From NCBI GenBank assembly GCA_951406725.2, contig OX597818.1, positions 40,672,001 to 40,736,000 on the forward strand: a stretch of DNA of 64,000 nucleotides, in the 5' to 3' direction. Within the stretch, counting starts at the first letter, position 1, and each line of letters starts with the position of its first letter. A program made the translations under genes and the position numbers. The DNA is from Octopus vulgaris. Lineage: Eukaryota. The notes under the pieces are model-generated. The model was not told the origin of the DNA, did not search any database, and was given only the letters and a program-made list of their open reading frames with translations. Of the stretch, positions 53,991 to 64,000 are shown piece by piece.

Positions 53991-54866
53991 TACGGACTGC
54001 TACTATAGTAACGAAGCTAAAGCATGTAGACTGTAGCTGCTTGGCAAAGATTGATCTTGAACTCTGCTATGCATGCGCACTAAGTTTTACATTCTAGCTC
54101 ACTTCCGCTGTTTACAGCAGTGCTTGGTAGAAACGTGTGTAGCATGTGATCAGTGCATTGACTGTGGTAGAGAAAGTTGTTATGGAGATACCTCCTCAGA
54201 GGCATACGCAAAGTCGCAGAAAGTGTATGCAGAGAAGTGTATGAGCCGCACACAAATGTATGAATGGTTCAGAAGCTTCCAAGGTGGCCGAAAAAATGTC
54301 GATATTCCCGAACGTTCTGGGAGACCCGCAACCAGCAGAAATGAGAAAAACCTCGCAGATGAACGGGCAGCCGTGAGGGGAAATCGTCGAATCACCTCCC
54401 GTGAGTTATCACAAGATATGCAAATTAGTTAGGCTTCAGTTCAGTCCATTATCACTGAAGATTTGGGTATGAGACGTGTGTCTGCCAAGTTTGCGCCAAA
54501 ACTGCTTACAGCTGACCAAAAGATACTCGGGTTTCAGTTGCACAAGATCTCCTTGATTGTGTCGAGAACGATGAAAACTGTTTGAAAACTTTGAGTAAGC
54601 CTCTGAGCAGATATCACCAAGCTTTTGACAAAATTTGATGCAGATTCTCTGCTCAACTTTCTCTGTCATGGTCAATGCGACGATCACACGCAACACACCT
54701 TCCTTCTAAGCTCTATTGTAAACAGCAGAAGTGAAACTAGAATGTTAAAGCTTGGTGTGTATGCACAGCAGAGTTCAACGTCATTTCCTGACAAGTGGCT
54801 TTACTTTACATGTTTTAGTTTCGTTACTATGGCAACAGTCCGGATACTTATTGATCAGACCACGTA
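53991..54866. mobile_element. Non-autonomous mariner made of two converging 5' halves
   Basis: Plus HTH SRTQMYEWFRSFQGGRKNVDIPERSGRP...LGMRRVSAKFAPKLLT; minus MTEKVEQRICIKFCQKLG; long imperfect inverted ends. Confidence 0.85.
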
Positions 54867-55017
54867 TATCTGTGTAGCTCTAGCTTTCTTTCTTTCTCTC
54901 TCTCCTTCTCTCTCTCTCTCTCCGTATATATGTTTGTGTGTGCGTGTGTATGTATCTATGTCTATATATATATGTACACACATACATATATGTTGTTTTA
55001 TATATATATATACACGC

Positions 55018-55059
<42 letters not shown>

Positions 55060-55181
55060 GCATACACACATATACATGCTTATATGTATGTAAATATGGT
55101 TTTATAAATAAATACATACAGAGAGAACGTAAGAGCAAGAAGGAGAGAAAGAGAGTGACATATAGATTTATTGTTGTGAAA

Positions 55182-55242
<61 letters not shown>

Positions 55243-55757
55243 TGTTTTAATCCCAGTGCGTGTGTGTCAAGCCGGTTACCAACACAACAATACGGTTAAC
55301 TTAACGTGTTATCAATGCCGGAGGGTAGGCCAGAAAATCATCGAAATACAGACGATAATAAGATCTATAAAAGGAATTCACTATGTTTGTTTCTTAATTG
55401 AGTTTACTCAGCAGCCACGGAATATCTTCTTCAAGGAATGACATCAAGTGGGTTTTTTTCCTGAGCAAACAATTGTATACACGCCTATGACTACGTCGCT
55501 CTCGTAGAACAAACTCTTCTCTTAGGCAACCACGGGATAACTCTAGTGTGTGGTCGTAACTGAAGAGGCCAGAAGCCAGCTGGCTAAACAATACTTTGGC
55601 CTTAGAAATGCCGATCTGAAGTGGTACACAATGTGAACACCTTCTGATGCTGAAACGACGTTGTTAAATGATACAATATATGTATATGCGTGAGTGTATA
55701 TGTGTGTGTGTATGTGTAGCTTGGGAGATTGTTAGATCGATATCGATAGAGACATAA

Positions 55758-55810
<53 letters not shown>

Positions 55811-55942
55811 ATAAAGTATTATTATACATACCATTATCAAAAAATAACAATAATAATAAATTGGCCGGCAACTTTAACCTAAATAGGCAAATCTGTGTGT
55901 TTGGAGTGTTGACTCATATTTCTAGCAATCTGGTATTTCGGT

Positions 55943-56159
55943 ACTCTTTTACTTGTTTCAGTCATTTGACTGTGGCCATGCTGGAGCACCACCTTTAGTC
56001 GAGCAAATCCACTCCACGACCTATTCTTTGTAAGCTTAGTACTTATTCTATCGGTCTCTTTTTGCCGAACCGCTAAGTTACGGTGATGTAAATACACTAG
56101 CATCGTTGTCAAGCGATGTTAGGGGGACAAACACAGACACACAAACATACACACACACA

Positions 56160-56204
<45 letters not shown>

Positions 56205-56392
56205 TTATATATACATATGTATACATATGTATACGACGGGATTCTTTCAGTTTCCGTCTACCAAAAGCACTCACAAGGCTTTGGTCAACCCGCGGCTATA
56301 GTAGAAGACACTTGCCCAAGGTGCCACGCAGTGGGACTGAACCCGGAACTATGTGATTGGTAAACAAGCTACTTACCACACAGCCACTCCTA
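55943..56392 (-). mobile_element. Family B SINE, full length
   Basis: Tail to CACAGCCACTCCT head. Confidence 0.9.
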
Positions 56393-56528
56393 CCTTAATT
56401 TATTTGTATATTTTTGCCTATATATATAATACAAAGTTATTTTGTTCTACACGGGTAGAGTATAGGAAAAACTGAAGTTGAAAATGCACTGAGAATAGTT
56501 AAAACATCTTTTATTAATATATTTAAAG

Positions 56529-56567
56529 CTTTAACCTGTTTCACAGTATACACTGATTTTCAAAAAG
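56529..56567 (-). ncRNA. Minimal type I hammerhead-like motif with U3-A8 core
   Basis: Minus: CTTT-TTGAAAA-T-CAGT-GTAT-ACTG-T-GAA-ACAGGT-T-AAAG. Confidence 0.55.
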
Positions 56568-57236
56568 TTCAAATAGAAAGGGGTTGAGGGTTTGTCCACC
56601 ACAAACAAATTTGTGAAAAAATATTAAAAATTTACGAAACAAGGACTACACTTGAACTACTACAATACACAACGAAGTCTGCCAAAACTGTAACATTAAC
56701 CTAAATAGAATCCTGACTTCGGCCAGTAACTGGTGTGAAACCGAGGTCAATCACGCAAGCTTGCAAACATATCAGATCTCAGATTCAAAACAACCTCCCC
56801 TCACTTCTCCCTGATCCCCAACCAACAAACAACTAACTGTGTTCAGCTCGCTTTGAGACTAGCTGGTAGACAGAGTCGGAAGGAAGCTACACAGAAAATT
56901 ATGTCCGGTTGCATGTACAACGGCCCATACTCTCTGCAGTTGAAACACGTGTAGGTCGTAATTACCATAGAAATATGTTGTATGAAATTATGAAAGAAAA
57001 GGAAATAAATTTTGAAGATGAACAAGTGTTTATATTCTCTATCGTTACAATTAATGTTAATATACATTCCAGACAATATTACCATCCAGAGAAGCGAACA
57101 CGGAATAATCCATTGAGGTAATTTACAACGTGAGTGACAAATCATAGACGCTAGATACTAATCGCTGTGGTTAGCCGTAACCTGGAGCATAACTGAGAGC
57201 CACCGCGGTATCCGCCCGGATAATATATCTCTCTAG

Positions 57237-57331
<95 letters not shown>

Positions 57332-57333
57332 CA

Positions 57334-57756
57334 ATTGTTGTATTTCGCAATGGTCATTTTGCCAGTTTAGCCAATAAAAACACACGCACTATATATTTGG
57401 TGTTACTTTGCTTCAGTGTTATTTATTTTTTACATTAATCTTAATCTTATTTCGGCCAGAGTTCTTTTGTCACACTCCTGTGACCACATCAGTGGTCCTT
57501 TGTTTTCTTCTTTCTTATTTGTGTCCCTCCTTACTAACAAAATGGCTGACGGTTAGTAAGGAGGGACACAAATAAGAAAGAAGAAAACAAAGGACCACTG
57601 ATGCGGTCACAGGAGTGTGACAAAAGAACTCTGGCCGAAATAAGATTAAGATTAATGTAAAAAATAAATAACACTGAAGCAAAGTAACACCAAATATATA
57701 GTGCGTGTGTTTTTATTGGCTAAACTGGCAAAATGACCATTCCGAAATACAACAAT
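57334..57756. repeat. Near-perfect palindrome (205-bp arms, 13-bp spacer) beside (TA)n
   Basis: 57334-57538 versus 57552-57756; two mismatches seen by eye. Confidence 0.93.
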
Positions 57757-58476
57757 GTCTGTTTCAACAAACGACTGCACATAAAATATCTTGCACAACA
57801 AATATATAAACGTAATATATATACAATAATCTGTCAGAAATTTAATCTGCTCCGTCCGTTTAGTATATCATATCATGTCCAGGAACTTAAAGCTAACTAT
57901 ATATTTCAGAATTTGAAATATCTTTATTTCAATTAAATTTATACTACTGAATCATTTTACAGTATCAGACACCTATGCTTTGATGTATTAATATAAAACT
58001 TTCCCCACACTTGCTCGTGTGTATGCTTTTGCCGGCATATAACAATGAGGTTGTGTTTGGGCAAATATGTTTGTTTGTAACGTTATATATATTTTCTGTA
58101 TTCTTGTAATCTTATAGTCCTATATTATTTTCAACAGTATACCTACAACTGTTTTCAAACACTACCGTTGCTACTCGATGTCAAATATATTTCAATTTTC
58201 TGCTGTAGTAATTATAACATTAACGTCCTATTAATCGCTGTAACTTTCATGCATTCATGAATTTATTCAGCTTGTTTGATATGATGGAAACAAGTGCTCA
58301 ACATTTGTTATTTTTCTCTGTTTATAAAGGAAGCAACTGAAGCGTTAGACCTGCATTGAAAGCATCATATTTAATAAAAGCGGTCTAAAGGAGATGATTG
58401 TTTCGACACAAACGAAATATCCAAATAACCAGTATGTTTATATCGTGCTAGATTGTCAATAATCTTGGCAATGTAG

Positions 58477-59441
58477 GGCGGTGAGCTGGCAGAAACGTTA
58501 GCACGCCGGACGAGATGCTTGGCGGTATTTCGTCCGCCGCTACGTTCTGAGTTGAAATTCCGCCGATGTCGACTTTGCCTTTCATCCTTTCGGGGTTGAT
58601 TAAATAAGTACCAGTTAGGCATTGGGTCAATATAATCGACTTAATCCCTTTGTCTGTCCTTGTTTGTCCTCTCTGTGTTTAGCCCCTTATGGGTAATAAA
58701 GAAATAGGTATTTCGTCTGCCGTTACGTTCTGAGTTCAAATTCCGCCGATGTCGACTTTGCCTTTCATCCTTTCGGGTTCGATTAAATAAGTACCAGTTA
58801 CGCACTGGGGTCGATATAACCGACTTAATCCGCTTGTCTGTCCTTGTTTGTCCTCTCTCTGTGTAGCCCCTTGTGGACAGTAAAGAAATAGGTATTTCGT
58901 CTGCCGCTATGTTCTGAGTTGAAATTCTGCTAAGGTCGACTTTGCCTTTCATCCTTTCGGGGTCGATAAATTAAGTACCAGTTATGCACAGGAGTCGATC
59001 TAATCGACTTAATCCGTTTGTTTGTCCTTGTTTGTCACCTCTGTGTTTAGCCCCTTCGGGGCAATAAAGAGATAAGAAACGTTTGCTCGCCGTGCGAAAT
59101 GCTTTGCGGTATGTCGTCTGTCGTTACGTTCTGAGTTCAAATACTGCCGACGTCGACTTTGCCTTTCATCGGTTCGAGATCGATTAAATAAGTACCAGTT
59201 GCGCACTAGGGTCAATATAATCGACTTAATCCGTTTGTCTGTCCTTATTTGTCTTCTTGTGGGTAGTAAAGAAATAGGTATTTCGTCTGCCGCTACATTC
59301 TGAGTTCAAATTCCGTCGAGGTCGACTTTGCCTTTCATCCTTTCAGGGATCGATAAATTAAGTACTAGTTGCGAACTGGTGTCGATCTAATCGACTGGTC
59401 CCCGCTCTAAAAATTTCGGGCCTTTTGCCTAGAGTAGAAAA
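58477..59441 (+). mobile_element. Family A SINE tandem pentamer
   Basis: One head, then units restarting at 58707, 58891, about 59075 and 59277; ends in the alternative tail AAAATTTCGGGCCTTTTGCCTAGAGTAGAAA. Confidence 0.92.
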
Positions 59442-60477
59442 TAATATAAAATATGGTTTTATTTTGTGTTGTGATTCAAACTGTTGAGACTATATCACTG
59501 AGTCGAAGGTGAGCTTAACATATCACTATGGAAATAGTTCTCTACTTTTGCTGAACTGACAGAGAGGGGAACAATAGGAAACCACTACACGGTCGCTTAA
59601 TGTGCAAGAAATTGCTGCTAAATTTCCTAAACTCGTACACAGTTGTTTTGGAAGAGGAAGAACGTAGGCCTACATTAGAAACAAACAAAAATAAACATAA
59701 ATAAATTAAGTGTTTGGGTATATGTTTGATCAGCGTTTTCCTGGGTTTAACCGCTTTAACAACAGTTACAGCGACAATAACAGAAATAGCAACAACAACA
59801 ACAACAGTTATAATCATCGCCATTAAGTAGTTGCTTGACTCTAATGAGAAGACCACTTCGAAAATCTGTCACCTTTAGCATCACACATTATTCGTCTTTT
59901 ATTACTTAGGTATATTTCTAACGATGATATCCTTGAGCTGATTTGGTCATTAGAACGTTAGACAACAGCTGAGCCCTGACGACAATTGGCAGAGAAGATT
60001 CAAAAGTTGTTATAGCTCACTTCCTTTACCCATGAAACTATACACACATACACACACACACATACACACACAGAACAACCAGATATACACACGGATATAA
60101 TCATGCAGAAATGCGTGTATATCCTCTAGCTCAAGTGTGTGTGTGTGTATTTACGTGCGCGTTTGTGTGTTTGGTAATCTGGAGGCCAAAAAGCAATTAA
60201 TTAAAAGAATTGTCTGCAAGAAGTGATTCTGCTGAAGAAGAAGAAAAAAAGAACCAAAAACTGTGAAAGTTTGGCCGATTGACATTGGGAAGGAAGCATG
60301 TGTGTTCCGTTAATTACGTTAATTAGTGAAAATCACTGCGGTACTTATAACTGCCCTTACATGACTTCATATTCAGCGAAGGTTTTATAGAAAGAATCGC
60401 AGGTGTGTGTATATATGTATACGTTTATATTCATACATATATATTACAGGTTCTTGTGTGCAAGTATATATATGTGT

Positions 60478-60531
<54 letters not shown>

Positions 60532-60647
60532 ATCATGCGTGTATGGTGTGAATATAAATTTATTTAACCCTCCTCACTGTAAACAAGCACATGAATTTAT
60601 ACTTCTGTATATGCCTCTTAGTGTGTGGATGCAGTTATAGTGTACGT

Positions 60648-60684
<37 letters not shown>

Positions 60685-60720
60685 TACATTCACACACACA
60701 CACAAACACACACACATATA

Positions 60721-62040
60721 CTAGCTGAATGACCCGGCGTTGCTCGAGTTACTGCTGTAATTATTCAGATTAGTAAACAATAAATATAAAGATATATTCT
60801 TATAATTACTTCAATATATCTATATTCTATTAAAATATACTTCAATTGTAATGATAATAGGATTTCGAACTGAAAATCTGTGAATGCTGTAGCACCTCAG
60901 GTAAACAATATTCATTGTGTAATTTTTTGTTGGTGTCGAAATGAATAAATTGTTGCTGCTTCCAGCTTGCGAGCAAACAACATAGAGTTGGCCATTACAG
61001 AAGCATGTAGTAGAGAGATCATGTCTAACTAGTTTGAGGGATTGACTCTGAGATAGGTTAACTGAAATACCAAAACTTAGTTTCACTGGAAACTGGATTG
61101 TCTTAAATTCAAATGGAACATCTTTAGGTATGAGAGGAATTTTTGGAATAAAGACATTTTCACCTTTCTGACTACCTGTTATAAATGTTACCTCTAGGAC
61201 GTGGAGTTTCATGGAAGTAACAATTAAGTGTGTTTCATTACACAGGTGAGATGGGTAAAGGTTCCTAAGCAACATAATGGGTGCATCCAGTTTTAGTGTC
61301 AAGTTATGCGGTGGCATCCCAGTAGGTTTAAATGTGTTCAGAAATTCAAAAGGTTATTGATCGACCGTTGTCAATTGATTAAAAAGTCATTTCTGATGTC
61401 TCTATTAACTTTTGAAGAAGTTCATGATTGAATTTATCAACAATTTCATTGGTTGGAGCCAGTATGGCTCTTTCAGATACCCAGTTTACATCGATGTACT
61501 TGACAGATAAATTAGGAAATCCTTTATCCATTAGATCCTTAAGAGAAAGTATCATTTGATCGCATCTTTCATATACTTGAAGTCTTGAGTTGAACGTTAA
61601 TATCCCATTTCCAATCTTAAGAAGCTCGTATGGTCACTCTGATATTGCTTGTAAGATGAAGGTTTGTCACATTACTTCAAAGGTACGATTTTTTAAGTAT
61701 GCGTTGACCTTATCAGCATATGATCCTTTGGGGATAACTGGCAATGTTGGACGAAAATCTCCTACAAGAAGAACTGTTACTCCTCCCACGAGCGTTGTAT
61801 TGCTTTTTTTATGACTTGGAAGGTACGGTCAAGTACCCCTAGAGCTCAATGTTGTGACATAGTGCACTCATCCCAAACAATGAGATAAGTTTATTCGAGA
61901 AGTGTTGTCATTGCAGAGTTTTGGGAAATGTTGAACACTTGAGATTCCTTCATTGCGAGTTTTAGAGGGAACTTGAACATGAAATGAACAGTTCTTCCCC
62001 CATTGAAGTGGGTAACTGCAATACCAGAAGATGCAACACA
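60721..62040 (-). mobile_element. Helitron 3' remnant with Pif1-family helicase pseudogene
   Basis: Minus translations VASSGIAVTHFNGGRTVH, LIVWDECTMS, GGVTVLLVGDFRPTLPVIP, MPPHNLTLKLDAPIMLLRNL, QFPVKLSFGISVNLSQSQSL, GQLYVVCSQ; ends with hairpin CTCGAGCAACGCCGGG and CTAG|T. Confidence 0.92.
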
Positions 62041-62190
62041 TGAAGAAGGTTAGGTTTTATTTTCTCCCGTTTAAAATTATCACGCGTAAACGCGCACACA
62101 CATACACTCTAACTTTTCGAATGCATAAGGAACATACGCACACACACACACAAACTCTGTTTTATATACATAGATATATGTATATATGTG

Positions 62191-62241
<51 letters not shown>

Positions 62242-62499
62242 TATATATATATATGTACAATTGTGTGCGTGTATGTTTGTGTGTGTGTGTGTGTGCACAT
62301 ATTTACACTTCCTCATTGTAAACAAGCACATACATTTATACTTCTGTATAAGCCTCTTAGTCTGTGCATGTATTTATTGTGTACGTATGTACACACACAT
62401 AGACACATACCCATGCATACATATATGCGTTGTAAATATACAATTGTATACATTCATACATACATATATGCATGCATATATATATATAGTGAATATATT

Positions 62500-62566
<67 letters not shown>

Positions 62567-63459
62567 ATTACACAGTGTATTTTGCATTACCGCTTCAGTC
62601 AAATTTGAAATCGTTATTTAGACTAAAGATTGAAAGTTGGTGGGGACTAAAGTGTTTAGTTACACTGCGTCTTCAATGTACTCAGATTCTAAATTTTAAT
62701 GTTAACCATACAGCATTGAACGGTTGATAAAGAATCTAGATAAAACACTGCGAATAACAAATATGTAGCGATGAAACGGTGAAGTGTGTACAATGAAAAG
62801 GACAACGGTGTGTATATGAATGCTGCTAAAAAGGAGATGGATGTAGTATGATATAGAAGAAAGTTAAGCGTACGGGAAAGTAGAAAAATAGGCGATGGGT
62901 AGCAGAAAGAGAAATGTGTGAATCTGTCGCCGATTACAACATGGGATACAATAAGCTTTATTAGTAAAGGTTGTGTTTATTAGAGTAAAGTTTTTTCATA
63001 TGTACACATGTGAATAAATAGGTAAGCATGGGCAAAGAATGAGATGAATACATTGGCGTTGATTGGTTGTAAAACAAGGAGCAAGAAGATGGTTTTAAGC
63101 ACTAGGAAGAAGAGGTTTAAATATATTTATTAGAGAGGGAGAAATGCAAACGAGAATACTGTAAACCAGGTCTTATCATAAAGTAATTGATAAACTGAGA
63201 CGTAAAGAAAAGGGTAAGGAAAAAGAAAGACAGAAAGAAAGGGAAATTAAAAGAAATAGTGAGAGCGGGGGGGAGAGATATGGAAGGAGAGAGAGGTCGA
63301 GGGAGAGAGGGGGAGAGAGATGGAAGGAGAGAGAGGTCGAGGGAGAGAGGGGGAGACAGAGATGGAGGGAGAGAGAGAGAGAGAGAGTCAGAGTTTAAGG
63401 TAAGTAATCGATACATTCTCTTTCTGTTATTTCAATTCCTAAATATCGACTAAAGTTGC

Positions 63460-63700
63460 TAGAAACGGTTTTAAGCGCATATGCCAAACCTAACAGTGGG
63501 GATATGAAAGTATGTGGCACCAATCGTGATGGATCTGAAAGACACAACAGAATTTTTTTTACGATCGGTTTAAGGCTACAGCCAGATCGAATCTGTACAT
63601 AGATCAGAAGAATGCAGTAGAAAACTACGAGATTTCTTTGGCTGGTAATGTCGTTTGCTCTTCCTTCCATGTGCTGAAAAATTGAAGTTCGGAGATTGCC
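63460..63700 (+). pseudogene. Possible very decayed APE endonuclease of an RTE-like LINE
   Basis: Scattered motifs VLSAYA, FYDR and LAG in the expected order across frameshifts. Confidence 0.3.
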
Positions 63701-64000
63701 TGGAAAAAGTGAAGAATAATGAACAATGACAATCAAAATAGTGAAGCACTATTCCACTTTAGATTGAATGGTATTCGTTTAACAAAGGTAGCGGAATCTG
63801 GAACAATTGAGATAGCTAAAGTCTTAGCCAACAATTCAATGACAAGTGCCTGGTGCTAACAGCAGATTTTGAAGGGGTTATTCTAGTCTTTGACACCGAC
63901 AAAGCTGTCTTGTTGAAGCAAAAAGCAAAAGAAAATCGTTGGCAAAGTAAACAGAAACACTCTTAAATACAAGATAATAATGGGTATTTGTTAGTAACAA

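Noticed and set aside
55550-55670. CTGAAGA-GGCCAG...CTGGC/TTGGCC...GAAA
   Set aside because: Stem II forms, but the GAAA spacing and stem I do not fit a hammerhead
58477-59441. Regularly spaced repeats as a possible CRISPR array
   Set aside because: Whole ~184-bp units repeat with no unique spacers; eukaryotic context and no cas genes
60820-61317. Cellular PIF1 gene
   Set aside because: Intronless, disrupted upstream by stops and frameshifts, and followed by a Helitron hairpin and CTAG end, so it is transposon-derived

Overview
Eukaryotic, AT-rich, very repeat-dense non-coding DNA. The SINE repertoire and microsatellite load strongly resemble coleoid cephalopod (Octopus-like) genomes; this is an inference, not a database result. 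No intact protein-coding gene is supportable, and almost all listed ORFs are translations of microsatellites or SINEs. The window holds about 35 copies of four tRNA-derived SINE families (several with clear TSDs), LINE remnants (CR1-type, R4/Dong-like, possibly RTE), mariner remnants and MITEs, a Helitron Pif1-helicase pseudogene with non-autonomous Helitrons, a DINE-1/HINE-like element and long di-, tri- and tetranucleotide tracts. The main hidden signal is a set of short non-coding elements, mostly next to (TA)n tracts and often arranged as fold-back inverted repeats, that carry minimal type I hammerhead-ribozyme folds (32.7, 21.3, 49.6/49.7, 56.5, 46.3, 10.8 kb; weaker ones at 7.0, 43.5, 57.6 kb). 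They look like Penelope-like pLTR or retrozyme-type elements, and several share an unusual U-U closure of stem II. A second signal is a SINE that repeatedly forms ~184-bp head-less tandem multimers with the same junction at four loci. All folds were assigned by eye; coordinates of degenerate repeats are approximate.
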